Source of the DNA: an uncultured delta proteobacterium
GTDB taxonomy: Bacteria; Myxococcota_A; Polyangia; Palsa-1104
Length of the DNA stretch: 60,701 nucleotides
Reading direction: 5' to 3'
NCBI GenBank assembly: GCA_963785725.1
Contig: CAWAWS010000012.1
Location: 1-60,701 of the forward strand
Positions 9,978 to 22,213 of the stretch are shown here, piece after piece. The position numbers and the translations under genes were made by a program. The notes under the pieces are model-generated. The model did no database searches. It saw nothing but the letters and a program-made list of their open reading frames with translations, and was not told where the DNA came from. The first letter of the stretch is position 1; each line of letters opens with the position of its first letter.

Positions 9978-10541
9978 ATGAGAATCAGCGCGGCCTCGTT
10001 GTTGTTGGCGACCCTGACGGCCGGCTGCGGCGGCGGCGCGCGCCCCAACGCGCCGACGACGTTCACGCCGCCCTCGCCCATCGGCGCCACCGTGTACACG
10101 ATCCTGCCCGGCGCCGGCACGCTCGTCGGCAGCGACCAGCCGGGCATGGGCATCACCGTCGCCAGCGACGCCAGCGAATGGCGCGCCGAGTGGACCGGCA
10201 ACTCGGCGCTCGATTACACCGATTTCCGCGGCTACATCTACACGGCGGGCACATTCACGTCGGTGACGCCGGGCTGCTCCGACGGCAGCTGTGCGCTCGA
10301 GGCCGGCGACATCCTGGCCGCGCCCGTCGCCTATCCCGACAGCGGCCAGTGGATCACCTTCGACACGCAGGCGCTCGACGGCTTCGACGGCCTCGACTTC
10401 AGCGTCGACTCGCAGCCGGTCGTGTTCTACCTCGAGGTGCAATATCAGGCGGCGCCCGCGATCGTCTACTTCACCGACGGGACGAACCGCGCCGCCAGCC
10501 CGACCGCGCTGCCATTCGGGCTCGAGACGTCGACGCAATAG
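9978..10541 (+). CDS. Hypothetical lipoprotein
   Basis: SD GGGAGGG; lipobox LTAGC. Confidence 0.65.
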   Translation: MRISAASLLLATLTAGCGGGARPNAPTTFTPPSPIGATVYTILPGAGTLVGSDQPGMGITVASDASEWRAEWTGNSALDYTDFRGYIYTAGTFTSVTPGCSDGSCALEAGDILAAPVAYPDSGQWITFDTQALDGFDGLDFSVDSQPVVFYLEVQYQAAPAIVYFTDGTNRAASPTALPFGLETSTQ

Positions 10542-10544
10542 CGG

Positions 10545-10991
10545 TTACTGCACCAACGACACGGTGTTGCAGACGGGCTGGCTCTGGCCGCCGGCGACGT
10601 CGTCGACTTTGACGCGCACGTCGAAGCTCGCCGGCGACGAGCCGGCGACGGTCAAGAGGACCGGCCCCGACCAATTCATCCCCATGAGCAGCGACGGATC
10701 GAGGACGGTGTCGGCCTCGGCCAGACGCACGCCGCCTTGAAACGTCGTCACGTGCGCCACTTGCTCGTCGCTGTCGGCGTCGCTGACGTTGAGCGTGCCC
10801 GTCAAGACCGGCGCGTCGACGTACGCGCAGGTCGGCATCACGAACGACACGATCGACGGCGGCGAACCGCTCGCGCCCGGCTCCGAGGTCTCGCCCGCGC
10901 ACGGCTTCCAGGTCTGCTGCAAGCCGCATTTGTTGAGGTCGACGCAGCCGCCGAGCAGAAACAACGGCGCCAGCCAAAGCCAAGGACGCAT
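10545..10991 (-). CDS. Hypothetical lipoprotein
   Basis: Lipobox LGGC; last gene of a tightly packed minus-strand run. Confidence 0.65.
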   Translation of the reverse strand: MRPWLWLAPLFLLGGCVDLNKCGLQQTWKPCAGETSEPGASGSPPSIVSFVMPTCAYVDAPVLTGTLNVSDADSDEQVAHVTTFQGGVRLAEADTVLDPSLLMGMNWSGPVLLTVAGSSPASFDVRVKVDDVAGGQSQPVCNTVSLVQ

Positions 10992-10994
10992 CGG

Positions 10995-11243
10995 CTAATG
11001 ATACCGCGGATGATGGGTCGGCGGCGACGGCGCTTGCAAGCCGAGCGGCCCACTCCAATACCCTAGCGCCATCGCCAACAGGCCAATGCCGATCGACAGG
11101 CAGAGCAGCGACCACAGCGTGCCCAAGTTGACGAAGCGGTCGTAGAAGCGGCCGCCGGGCTTCTTCGGCCGCTGCTGCAGCTGCATGCCGCCGAGGAGCA
11201 CCATCGAAAAGCCGGTCAAATAGAGGAACCAGACTGGGATCAC
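10995..11243 (-). CDS. Small two-TM membrane protein
   Basis: GTG overlaps the capA-like TGA; two hydrophobic segments. Confidence 0.6.
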   Translation of the reverse strand: MIPVWFLYLTGFSMVLLGGMQLQQRPKKPGGRFYDRFVNLGTLWSLLCLSIGIGLLAMALGYWSGPLGLQAPSPPTHHPRYH

Positions 11244-12376
11244 GAGCAGCCTCCGAGCGGCAGGACGGCGCGACCGGCCTCGACGTGCAGCGCGGCGCCG
11301 AGCGGCGCCGAGTCGTGCGTCAGCCGCGCCAAGAAGGCGTCGAGCTCGGCGTCGTGCAGCGGCTCGGGGCGATAGCGCACCCGTCGATTCTGCACCGCCA
11401 GCGGCACGATCTCCACGCGTTCGAACGCCGCGCCACCATCGGCGCAGCGGCGGGCGCGCGCGATGGCCAGCAGCCCGTAATCGAGCGACGGGCGCGCCTC
11501 CGTCCCGAACGCGTAATTGCCGAGGCTGAGCACGATCGGTTTTTTGTGCCACATCATGAGCGGATGCGCCACGTGCGGGTGATGGTTGACGACGAGATCG
11601 GCGCCCAAGTCGAGCGCGCGGCGCGACCAGGCGATCGTGGCCGGCGTCGGCGGCGCGTAGTTGTCGCCCATGTGGAAGCTGACGACGACGAGCGCCGCCT
11701 GTCTTCGCAGCCGCGCGATGTCCTCGGCGAGCGCGCGATCGAAGGCCGCGGCGACGCCGGGATGGTGCCGATGGGCGAACTGGTCCACCCACACGTTCCA
11801 CAGGAAATCGTGCTCGCAGTAAGCCAACAGGCCGACGCGAACGCCGCCGACGTCGGCGATGACGCCGCGGCGCGCGTCGGCGGCATCGCGGCCGGCGCCG
11901 AGCGGCAACAGCCCGGCGCGCGCGACGTTGGCGAGCGTGTCGACGAGCCCGTCGGGTCCGTAGTCGTAGGCGTGGTTGTTGGCGAGCGTGACGACGTCGA
12001 AGCCGGCGTCGGCGAGCGCCGGCGCGGACGCGGCCGGCGCGCGATAATAGTAGTCTTTGTAGGCGGGAAAGCGTGTGCCGCCGTCGGTGATGGGCGCCTC
12101 GGCGTTGACGACGGCGACGTCGGCCGCGCGCACCAGCTCCAGCGTCGAGCCGAACGGATAGAGGAAGCCGCGCTCGCGCACGAGCGGCAGCGCGTCGTAG
12201 GCTTCGGCCGTGTCGCCGGCGAAGAGCAGCGTCGCCTGGCCCGGCGTCTCCGGAGTGCGCGTCAGCGTCAGCGGCGCGACCGGCGTCTCCCGCGGATCGT
12301 AGAGCGTAAAGAAGGCGGCGTACGTCGCGATGACGAAGAGCGCGCCCGCGAACGACAGGCCGAGCGCGCGCAGCAT
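11240..12376 (-). CDS. CapA (PGA_cap) family metallophosphoesterase
   Basis: LFAGD, VNAE, LANNHAYDYG, FHMG, HHPHV, SLGN motifs. Confidence 0.88.
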   Translation of the reverse strand: MLRALGLSFAGALFVIATYAAFFTLYDPRETPVAPLTLTRTPETPGQATLLFAGDTAEAYDALPLVRERGFLYPFGSTLELVRAADVAVVNAEAPITDGGTRFPAYKDYYYRAPAASAPALADAGFDVVTLANNHAYDYGPDGLVDTLANVARAGLLPLGAGRDAADARRGVIADVGGVRVGLLAYCEHDFLWNVWVDQFAHRHHPGVAAAFDRALAEDIARLRRQAALVVVSFHMGDNYAPPTPATIAWSRRALDLGADLVVNHHPHVAHPLMMWHKKPIVLSLGNYAFGTEARPSLDYGLLAIARARRCADGGAAFERVEIVPLAVQNRRVRYRPEPLHDAELDAFLARLTHDSAPLGAALHVEAGRAVLPLGGCS

Positions 12377-12377
12377 G

Positions 12378-13280
12378 TCACACCGGGCAGGCGGCTCGCA
12401 CGAGCGCGTCGTAGTCGCGCATGAGCCGCTCGGTGATCGGCCCCGGCTTGCCCGCGCCCAGCGCCGCGCCGTCGACGCGAACGATCGGCAAGAGGCCGCG
12501 CACGCTCGACGTCAGGAAGGCTTCGTCGGCCGACATGAGGTCGATCGGCCACAGCGGCTGCTCGGCCAGGCCGATGCCGGCGTCGCGGCACAGCTGCATC
12601 GTCTTGCGGCGCGTGATGCCTTCGAGCAGGCCCAGCGACAAGGGCGGCGTCGTGACCCAGCCGCCTTTGACGATGAAGAAGTTGGACGACGAGCCCTCGG
12701 TCAAGCGGCCGACGTTGTCGCACAAGATGGCTTCGTAGGCGTTGCGGCGGCGCGCTTCGGCGACGGCGAGCACGCTGCCCAAGTAGTTGCCGCTCTTGAC
12801 CTGCGGATCGACGCTCGACGTGGGCGCGCCGGCGGCGAAGCGCGTGCGTCCGACGATCGCGACCTCGACGCCGTCGCGATAGGCTTCCGGCGCCGGCGGA
12901 TGCGGCGGCCTGACGATCACGACGAGCCGCGGCGCGCCCGCCAACGCCGGGTCGAGCGCGATCTCGCCCTCGCCGCGCGTCACGACGATGCGGACGTACG
13001 CGTCATCGAGGCCGCTCGCGTTCACCGTCGCTTCGACGGCGGCGCGGATGTCGTCGCGCGGCGGCGGCACCAGCAGGATCCCCGCGGCCGAGCGCTCCAG
13101 CCGCTCCAAGTGCTCGTCGAGCGCGAAGGCGATGCCGTGATGCGCGCGCGTCACCTCGTAGACCGAGTCGCCGTAGAGGAAGCCGCGATCGAAGACCGAG
13201 ACGCGCGCGTCGGCCGCGTCGCCGATGGCGCCGTCGATCCAGACCAACGAACGGCCGGTCATGACGGCGCCGGCGCTCAC
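12378..13280 (-). CDS. Class IV PLP aminotransferase (IlvE/PabC/DAT-like)
   Basis: DRGFLYGDSVYE, KSGNY, EGSSSNFF, LEGITR, ADEAFLTSS. Confidence 0.9.
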   Translation of the reverse strand: MSAGAVMTGRSLVWIDGAIGDAADARVSVFDRGFLYGDSVYEVTRAHHGIAFALDEHLERLERSAAGILLVPPPRDDIRAAVEATVNASGLDDAYVRIVVTRGEGEIALDPALAGAPRLVVIVRPPHPPAPEAYRDGVEVAIVGRTRFAAGAPTSSVDPQVKSGNYLGSVLAVAEARRRNAYEAILCDNVGRLTEGSSSNFFIVKGGWVTTPPLSLGLLEGITRRKTMQLCRDAGIGLAEQPLWPIDLMSADEAFLTSSVRGLLPIVRVDGAALGAGKPGPITERLMRDYDALVRAACPV

Positions 13281-13999
13281 GCCGCTTCCTTGACGTTGCC
13301 CGATAGGCGCAGCTTCCACACCAGCGTCAACGCCTCGACGAAGATCTTCTTCGACATCTTCGACTGACCGACGCGACGATCGACGAAGACGATCGGCACC
13401 TCTTCGACGCGAAAGCCGGATTTGACGACCCGATAGGTCATCTCGATCTGAAAGCCGTAGCCTTGCGCGCTGACGTGGTCGAGATCGATCGACTCGAGGA
13501 CGTGGCGGCGGAAGCACTTGAAGCCGCCGGTCAGGTCGTGGACGCCGACGCCGAGGATGGTGCGCGCGTACAAGCTGCCGCCGCGCGAGATCAGCTTGCG
13601 CAAGGGGCCCCAGTTGACGGTGCCGCCGCCGGCGACGTAGCGCGAGCCGAGCACGAGGTCGGCGCCGGCGCGCGCGCGGGCGAGCATCACCGGCAGATAC
13701 TGCGGATCGTGCGAGAAGTCGCAGTCCATCTCGAACAGGTATTGGTAATTGCGTTTCAGCGCGTGCTTGAAGCCGGCGATATACGCCGTGCCCAGCCCCA
13801 ACTTGCCCTGGCGATGCAGCACGCTGACTTGCTTATCAGCCTTGGCCAGCTCGTCGGCAATCTGCCCCGTGCCGTCGGGAGAGTTGTCATCGACGATGAG
13901 GAGGTCGGCCTCGGGCAAGGCAGCGTGCACGGCGGCGACGATGGCGGGCAGATTGTCGCGCTCGTTATACGTGGGGACGACTACGAGTACTTCGCTCAT
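13277..13999 (-). CDS. Polyprenol-phosphate mannose synthase (GT2, Ppm1/DPM1-like)
   Basis: PTYNE, DDNSPDGT, GLGTAY, MDCDFSH, DLTGGFK. Confidence 0.9.
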   Translation of the reverse strand: MSEVLVVVPTYNERDNLPAIVAAVHAALPEADLLIVDDNSPDGTGQIADELAKADKQVSVLHRQGKLGLGTAYIAGFKHALKRNYQYLFEMDCDFSHDPQYLPVMLARARAGADLVLGSRYVAGGGTVNWGPLRKLISRGGSLYARTILGVGVHDLTGGFKCFRRHVLESIDLDHVSAQGYGFQIEMTYRVVKSGFRVEEVPIVFVDRRVGQSKMSKKIFVEALTLVWKLRLSGNVKEAA

Positions 14000-14105
14000 G
14001 CGTCCGCCCCGTCGGAGCCGGTCGCGAAAATTCGCTCGGTCATTGAGGGGTCGAGACTACTCGAAGTTGCTCCGTCGAGTGAATATGATATCGTCGCAGC
14101 CCGTT

Positions 14106-14723
14106 ATGCAGATTCTGAAGGCGCGGTTCAGAGGTCGTGATGACTTCATGGACGCCTACCAAGGCGATCGTCCGCACGGTGCGCTATTCGTTGCGACGAC
14201 GACGCCGCTCGATACGTCCGAGGATGTGATCGTCGAGCTCGTGTGCGATGGTCTCCCCAACAAAGTTCTCATTCGCGGCACCGTGGTCGCGTGGCGGCCG
14301 GCGCTGCCACGACTGCGCGTGCGCGCCGGCGCCACCGTCGAGTTCGCGGCCGAGGAAGAGGACAAGCGTCGCTTCGTCCTGGCCGCGCTCGCGGGCGAGG
14401 TCATGCCGCCGAAGCGCAAGCACACGCGCATTCCGGTGGCGGTGCCGGTGCGCTTCCGCCTGCCGGGCTCGGCCGAGGCCTTGACCGGCCAGCTGACCGA
14501 GATCTCGGTGGGCGGCGCGCTGCTCAAGTCGAGCATCGGCAAGCCGTCGATGGGCACGGAGATCGTGCTCGACGTGCTGCCGCCGGGCGGACAGACGCCG
14601 ATGCCGATCACCGGGCGCGTCGCCTATCACACGCCGAGCGCGACCGGGCTCAAGTTCATCTATCGCGACGGCGGCGGCTCACGGCGCATTCGCGAGCTCA
14701 TCCGCCGCATTCGCTCGGCTTAG
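14106..14723 (+). CDS. Tandem PilZ-domain protein
   Basis: C-terminal RKHTR...EISVGG PilZ motif; degenerate N-terminal PilZ. Confidence 0.8.
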   Translation: MQILKARFRGRDDFMDAYQGDRPHGALFVATTTPLDTSEDVIVELVCDGLPNKVLIRGTVVAWRPALPRLRVRAGATVEFAAEEEDKRRFVLAALAGEVMPPKRKHTRIPVAVPVRFRLPGSAEALTGQLTEISVGGALLKSSIGKPSMGTEIVLDVLPPGGQTPMPITGRVAYHTPSATGLKFIYRDGGGSRRIRELIRRIRSA

Positions 14724-14758
14724 TCGCGCCGAGCGTTCGGCCGGGATAGAATCCCGCC

Positions 14759-15268
14759 GTGATCCTGAAGAAGCGCAAACGCAAGGCCGGGCGACCGTCG
14801 GTGCCGCCGCGACCGACGAGCGTCATTCTCGGCCACACGTTTCGCTGGCTCAAGCTCGACGAAGAAGCGCGCTCGTTCGCGGCCATGCGCGCGTTCGCGA
14901 CGGCGGCGACGGTGGCTGGTCCGCAAGTGGCGCAGAACGCGCGCGCCGAGCGGCTGCGCGGCTCGATCTTGTACGTGCGCACGACCTCGCCCGGCTGGTC
15001 GCAGAACCTGCACATGATGAAGGCGCTGCTGCTGCAATACATGCGCAACGCGCCCGGCGGCGGCGAGGTGCACGACCTGCGCTTCAATGTCGGGCCGCTG
15101 TCGGACGTGCCGGCGTGGGACAAGCCGCCGGCGCCGCTCGTCGCCGACGAGAAGCTGGTGCACGAGCCGCCCGCCGACGTCGTGCGCGCGCTCGACGCCG
15201 TCGTCGACGACGAGCTGCGCCAGCGGCTGGCCGGCCTCTACGGCAAGCTCGGCAGCCGCAAGAAGTAA
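14759..15268 (+). CDS. DUF721 / DciA family protein
   Basis: VAGPQVAQNARAERLRGSILYVRTTSPGWSQNL pattern. Confidence 0.75.
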   Translation: MILKKRKRKAGRPSVPPRPTSVILGHTFRWLKLDEEARSFAAMRAFATAATVAGPQVAQNARAERLRGSILYVRTTSPGWSQNLHMMKALLLQYMRNAPGGGEVHDLRFNVGPLSDVPAWDKPPAPLVADEKLVHEPPADVVRALDAVVDDELRQRLAGLYGKLGSRKK

Positions 15269-15276
15269 ACGCTCGT

Positions 15277-16104
15277 TTACTTCGTCGTCAGCGCCTGTTT
15301 CAGGTCGCGCACGCGCTCGAAGGCGACGCGGCGGCGCGCGGCGGCGTCGGGCGCGTCGGCGATGGCCTGCACCAGCGCCGAGCCGACGACGACGGCGTCG
15401 CAGTGCGGCGCCAAGCCGCGCGCGCTGGCCGGGTCGCGCACGCCGAAGCCGACGGCGAGCGGCAAATTCCCCAGCGACGGCCGCAGCGCCGCCGCGCGAC
15501 GGCCGACCTCCGCCGGGTCGAGGTGGCCGGCGCCGGTGACGCCGGTGAGCGCGACGTAATAGGCGAAGCCCGAGCCGCGCTGGGCGATGGTGCGGGCGCG
15601 TTCCGGCGACGTCGTCGGCGCCAACAGCGGCACGCGCGACAGCTTGGCGCGCACGAGCTCGGCGTCGAGCTCGTCGGACTCTTCGGGCGGCAGATCGACG
15701 ACGAGCAGCCCATCGACGCCCGCCGCCGCCGCCTCGTCGACGACGCGCGGCAATCCCGCTTGCAAGAGCGGGTTGTAGTAGCCGAACAGGATGAGCGGCG
15801 TGTCCGACTGCTTGCGGAAGGCGCGCACCACGTCGAGCGTGCGCGTGACCGTGCGCTGGCCGGCGCCGCCCGTCGACAGCGCGCGCTCCATCGCCCGCTG
15901 GATGACCGCGCCGTCGGCCGACGGGTCGCTCCACGGCACGCCGAGCTCGATGGCATCGGCGCCGCCGCGCGCGATCTCGGCGAGGATACCCGGCGTCTCC
16001 GTGAGCGACGGATCGCCGGCGGTGACGTAGATGACGAGCCCCTTTTCGCCGCGCGCCTTCAGCTCGTTGAATCGCCGCGTCAAACGATTATCTGGCGCCG
16101 TCAC
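15277..16104 (-). CDS. trpA: Tryptophan synthase alpha
   Basis: YVTAGDP, ELGVPWSDPSADG..IQ, GVTG, VGFGV. Confidence 0.96.
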   Translation of the reverse strand: MTAPDNRLTRRFNELKARGEKGLVIYVTAGDPSLTETPGILAEIARGGADAIELGVPWSDPSADGAVIQRAMERALSTGGAGQRTVTRTLDVVRAFRKQSDTPLILFGYYNPLLQAGLPRVVDEAAAAGVDGLLVVDLPPEESDELDAELVRAKLSRVPLLAPTTSPERARTIAQRGSGFAYYVALTGVTGAGHLDPAEVGRRAAALRPSLGNLPLAVGFGVRDPASARGLAPHCDAVVVGSALVQAIADAPDAAARRRVAFERVRDLKQALTTK

Positions 16105-16151
16105 TGCCGCACCAAACGCGGCATAGATCCGCGGGCCCTACGGGCCTCGCT

Positions 16152-16174
16152 CACGTTCGCTCGCTTACGCTCGC

Positions 16175-16177
<3 letters not shown>
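16152..16177 (-). repeat. REP-like 26-mer TGAGCGAGCGTAAGCGAGCGAACGTG, copy 1
   Basis: 24/26 identical to 35432-35457; begins at the trpB stop codon. Confidence 0.6.
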
Positions 16178-17364
<1,187 letters not shown>

Positions 17365-17368
<4 letters not shown>

Positions 17369-17976
17369 GCTCCCTTTGCCCTCGCCACGAATGCAGCGAC
17401 CTTGATCCAATCTTTGACGCCCGGCTCGCGCTCGACGCCGCCGGCGACGTCGACGCCGTACGGCTGCACGGCGGCGATGGCCTCGGCGACGTTGTCGGGC
17501 GTCAGGCCGCCGGCGAGGATGACGCGACGGCGCGTCGCCGCGTCGGCGGCGAGCGTCACGTCGGCGCGCTGGCCCGAGCCGCCGTAGCCGGCGCTGTCGG
17601 CGTCGACGAGCACGAGGTCGCAGTCGTAGTCGCCGAGCCGCTGCAGCGTCGCGCGGTCGCGCAGGCGAAACGCCTTGATGTAGCGGCCGGCAAAGCGCGC
17701 GCAAAACTCGGGCGGCTCGTCGCCGTGCAGCTGCGCCAGATCGATGGCGCCGGCGGCGAACGCGCGGTCGACGTCCGCGGCCGTGGGATCGACGAAGACG
17801 CCGACAGTGCGCAGCTGCGGCGGCAGCTTCTTGGCGATGGCGGCCGCAACGTCGACGGCGACATGGCGCTTCGAGCGCGGCCAAAAGTTGAAGCCGACCG
17901 CATCGGCGCCGGCATCGGCGCAGGCGAGCGCGTCCTCGAGCGTCGTCACGCCGCAGATCTTGACGAACGGCTTCAC
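17365..17976 (-). CDS. trpF: Phosphoribosylanthranilate isomerase
   Basis: VKICG, QLHGDE, LAGGL, GVDV. Confidence 0.95.
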
Positions 17977-18749
17977 CGCAAGAGCTCCCGCAGCGCCGCG
18001 CCCGGATCGGCCGCGCGCATGAGCGCTTCGCCGACGAGGATCGCGTCCGCGCCGTGCGCGCGCATCTGCCGCACGTGGGCCGGCGTCTGAATGCCGCTCT
18101 CGGCGACGACGATGGCCGACGGCGCCGCCGCCCGCGCCCGCGCCGATAGTGATAGATCGATCACCAGCGTATCGAGATCGCGGTGGTTGACGCCGACGAT
18201 GCGCGCGCCGGCGCCGAGCGCCGTGGCGATCTCGGCGTCGTTGTGCGCTTCGACGAGGATGTGCAGCTGCGCGCGTTGGGCGACGTCGATGAGCCCGCGC
18301 AAGGTCACGGCGTCGAGCAGCCGCACGATCAAGAGCGCGGCGTCGGCGCCGGCCAGGCGCGCTTCGAGCAGATCGCGCTCGTCGAGCAGGAAGTCTTTGC
18401 GCAGGATCGGCAGCGCGCAGGCGTTCTTCGCGGCCTGCACGTGCGCCAGCGCGCCGTCGAAGAAGGTGACGTCGGTCAGCACCGAGATCGCCGCCGCTCC
18501 GGCCGCGGCATAGGCGGGCGCGATGACCGCCGGGTCGGCGTTGGGCCGAATCGCGCCGGCGGACGGCGAGCGCCGCTTGAACTCGGCGATCACGCGCGGC
18601 GCCGCGTCGTCGGGCTGGCCGCGCAGCGCGGCGGCGAAGTCGCGCGGCGGCGGCAGCGCCTGCACCTGCGTCCACAGCGCGTCGAGCGTGACGGGCGCCC
18701 GTCGCGCGTGCTCGCGTCGCTTCTCGGCCACGATCTCGTCGAGGATCAC
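17973..18749 (-). CDS. trpC: Indole-3-glycerol phosphate synthase
   Basis: [28 protein letters not shown]. Confidence 0.95.
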   Translation of the reverse strand: MILDEIVAEKRREHARRAPVTLDALWTQVQALPPPRDFAAALRGQPDDAAPRVIAEFKRRSPSAGAIRPNADPAVIAPAYAAAGAAAISVLTDVTFFDGALAHVQAAKNACALPILRKDFLLDERDLLEARLAGADAALLIVRLLDAVTLRGLIDVAQRAQLHILVEAHNDAEIATALGAGARIVGVNHRDLDTLVIDLSLSARARAAAPSAIVVAESGIQTPAHVRQMRAHGADAILVGEALMRAADPGAALRELLR

Positions 18750-19761
18750 GCGCGCTGTCCCCGCGAGCAGCGAGCGAGCCGCTCGAGCAGCGTGGCCGCC
18801 GAGCCGTCGTCGAGCAGCCGCTCGGCCGTGCGGGCGCCCTCGCCGAGGCTGCCGCGACCGGCCGCCCACAAGGCGCCCGCCGCGCTCATGACGACGGCGC
18901 TGCGACCGGCGCCGCGCGCGCCGCCGAGAATGGCGCGCGCCGCGCCGGCGTTGAACGCCGCGTCGCCGCCGGCCAAGCCCGCCGGGTCTTCGTCGGCGAG
19001 CCCGAAGTCCGCCGGCCTGAGCGTGTAACGGCGAACGTGGCCGCCGTCGAGCTCGGCCACTTCCGTCGCGCCGTCGGTCGAGAATTCGTCCATGCCGTCG
19101 CCATGCACGACGAGCGCACGCTCCGAGCCCAGCCGACCGAGCGCGCGCGCCAGCGGCTCGACCAGCGCCGCGTCGTAGACGCCGATGAGCTGATGGCGCG
19201 CGCCCGCCGGATTCGTCAGCGGGCCGAGCAAGTTGAAGATCGTGCGCACGCCGAGCTCCTTGCGCGCGGCGGCGACGTGGCGCGTGGCGCCGTGAAACGC
19301 GGGCGCGAACAGAAAGCCGATGCCCACTTCGTCCAGGCAGCGCTCGACCACGTCGACCGGCGCCGCGACGTCGACGCCGAGCGCCTCGAGCACATCGGCC
19401 GAGCCCGAGCGCGACGACTGCGCGCGATTGCCGTGCTTGGCCACGCGCACGCCGGCCGCGGCCACGACGAGCGCCGCGATCGTCGAGACGTTGATCGTGC
19501 CCCGCCCGTCGCCGCCGGTGCCGCAAGTGTCGACGACGACGCCGGCCGGCACGCGCAGCGTCTGGGCCCGCGCGCGCATCGCCATGGCCGCGCCCACGAC
19601 CTCGTCGATCGTCTCGCCTTTCATGCGCAACGCGACGAGGAGCGCGCCGATCTGCGCCGGCGTCGCTTCGCCGTCCATGATGCGACCGACGGCGCCGGCC
19701 ATCTCCTCGGCCGACAGCGACTCGCGCGCACAGGCCCGCGCGATCGCGGCGCCGAGCTGCA

Positions 19762-19765
<4 letters not shown>
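18746..19765 (-). CDS. trpD: Anthranilate phosphoribosyltransferase
   Basis: [31 protein letters not shown]. Confidence 0.95.
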
Positions 19766-20328
<563 letters not shown>

Positions 20329-20371
20329 CAGCCGCGCCCTTCAGCGTAATGCGTTTTGCGCGCGCCGGCCA

Positions 20372-21928
20372 TCAGCCGCCGGCCTCGGTCGTCGACGTCG
20401 GCCGCGCCATCGCCAACGCGCGGACGACGGCGCGCGCCTTGGCCACGGTCTCTTCGTACTCGGCGTCGGGATCGCTGTCGGCGACGATGCCGGCGCCGGC
20501 CTGCAAGTAGACGTGCTCGCCGCGCGTCACCAGCGTGCGAATGGCGATGGCCATGTCGAGGTTGCCGGCGAAGCTCACGTAGCCGACGGCGCCGCCGTAA
20601 ATCCCGCGCCGCGCCGGCTCGAGCTCCTCGATGATCTGCATGGCGCGAATCTTCGGCGCGCCGGTGAGCGTGCCCGCGGGAAAACAGGCGCGAAAGACGT
20701 CGAGCGCGCTCATGCCGGCGGCCACTTCGCCCGACACCGACGACGTCAAGTGCATCACGTGCGAGTAGCGCTCGGTGACCATGTGCTCGTCGACGCGGAC
20801 GGAGCCGGTGCGCGAGACGCGGCCGACGTCGTTGCGGCCGAGATCGATGAGCATGACGTGCTCGGCGCGCTCCTTCGGATCGGCGCGCAATTCGGCTTCG
20901 AGGCGCGCATCGTCGGCCGGCGTCTTGCCGCGCGGTCGCGTGCCGGCGATGGGCCGCACGGTGACGCGCTTCGGCTGCCCCGGCTCGCCGTCGACGCGCA
21001 CGAGCACCTCGGGCGATGCGCCGGTCACCTGGGCGTCGCCGTAGTCGAGCTGAAACATGTACGGCGACGGGTTGACGACCCGCAGCGCGCGATAGACGTC
21101 GAACGGGTCGGCGCCGGCGCGCGGCGCTTCGAACCGCTGCGAGAGCACGACTTGGAAGACGTCGCCGGCCAAGATGTACTCTTTGGCGCGCGCCACCGCC
21201 GCTTTGTACTGCTCGCGCGTCGTGTTCGACGAGAGCGGAGCGTCATTGGCCCGCCCAGCGGCCGGGTCGAGCGGGCGCAGCTGCGGCGACGGGCCTTGCA
21301 GCGCGCGGACGAGCTCGTCGATGCGCGCGCAGGCGCTGCGATAGGCGCGCTCGGCGTCGTTGGGCCCGTCGACGACGGCGTTGGCCACGACCTTCACCGT
21401 CTGCCGCAAATTATCGAAGATGACCAAGGTGTCGGTCACCACGAAGCAGGCTTCCGGCAGCGCCAGCTCGTCGGGCGCGCGGCTCGGAATCCGCTCGAAC
21501 GCGCGCACGACGTCGTAGCCGAGCCAGCCGACGGCGCCGCCCCAAAAGCGCGGCAGCCCCGGCGCCGCCGCGTCGCCCGGCTTGAACGTCGCCAACAGCG
21601 AAGCCAAGACGCGCGTGGGGTCGCCATCGGGCAGCGCGCCTTCGTGCGTCACCGGCGGGCCGCCGCCGTCGACGTCGTAGCGCACGATCTGGTAACGGCC
21701 GCCGCGCGCGGTGAAGACGGCACGCGCGCCGGCGCCGATGAAGCTGTAGGCGGCCCACTTCTCGCCGCCGACGACCGACTCGAGCAGGAACGAGTGCGGC
21801 CGGCGGCGCAGCTTGGCGTAGGCGCTGACCGGCGTATCGCCGTCGAGCACGATCTCGCGCCACACCGGCACGAGGTTGCCGCGTGCGGCCGCGGCGCGGA
21901 AGTCATCCAGCGTCGGTGAATGAGCCAT
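20372..21928 (-). CDS. trpE: Anthranilate synthase component I
   Basis: LLES, NPSPYM, PIAGT, AEHVMLIDLGRND, TGAPKIRAM. Confidence 0.95.
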   Translation of the reverse strand: MAHSPTLDDFRAAAARGNLVPVWREIVLDGDTPVSAYAKLRRRPHSFLLESVVGGEKWAAYSFIGAGARAVFTARGGRYQIVRYDVDGGGPPVTHEGALPDGDPTRVLASLLATFKPGDAAAPGLPRFWGGAVGWLGYDVVRAFERIPSRAPDELALPEACFVVTDTLVIFDNLRQTVKVVANAVVDGPNDAERAYRSACARIDELVRALQGPSPQLRPLDPAAGRANDAPLSSNTTREQYKAAVARAKEYILAGDVFQVVLSQRFEAPRAGADPFDVYRALRVVNPSPYMFQLDYGDAQVTGASPEVLVRVDGEPGQPKRVTVRPIAGTRPRGKTPADDARLEAELRADPKERAEHVMLIDLGRNDVGRVSRTGSVRVDEHMVTERYSHVMHLTSSVSGEVAAGMSALDVFRACFPAGTLTGAPKIRAMQIIEELEPARRGIYGGAVGYVSFAGNLDMAIAIRTLVTRGEHVYLQAGAGIVADSDPDAEYEETVAKARAVVRALAMARPTSTTEAGG

Positions 21929-21985
21929 GACGGCCCTCGACGGTAGCACATTGCCGGCCGCCTTGGCGGTGCTTACACCGATCCG

Positions 21986-22189
21986 ATGCCCAGCGACGAC
22001 GAAGCGGCGCCTCTCGCGACTTGGCCGCGGCTGGGTGCCCGTGAGGCGATGCGCGCGCTCAAAGACCTGCCCTTGCCGGTGCTGACGAAGCTGCACATCT
22101 GGGAAGAGCGGCACTTGCGGCGCACGTCGGTGTTGGCGGCGATTCGTCGGGCGATGGAGCGCGCGGCGGCCGCGCCGGCGGACGAGTAG
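21986..22189 (+). CDS. Small hypothetical protein
   Basis: Fills the gap divergent from trpE; helical 67-aa ORF. Confidence 0.45.
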   Translation: MPSDDEAAPLATWPRLGAREAMRALKDLPLPVLTKLHIWEERHLRRTSVLAAIRRAMERAAAAPADE

Positions 22190-22213
22190 CCGAACGCTTA
22201 CGGCGAGGACGCG

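Noticed and set aside
21929..22189. trp attenuator or leader peptide
   Set aside because: No Trp-rich short ORF or terminator/antiterminator on the trp strand; the small ORF is on the opposite strand
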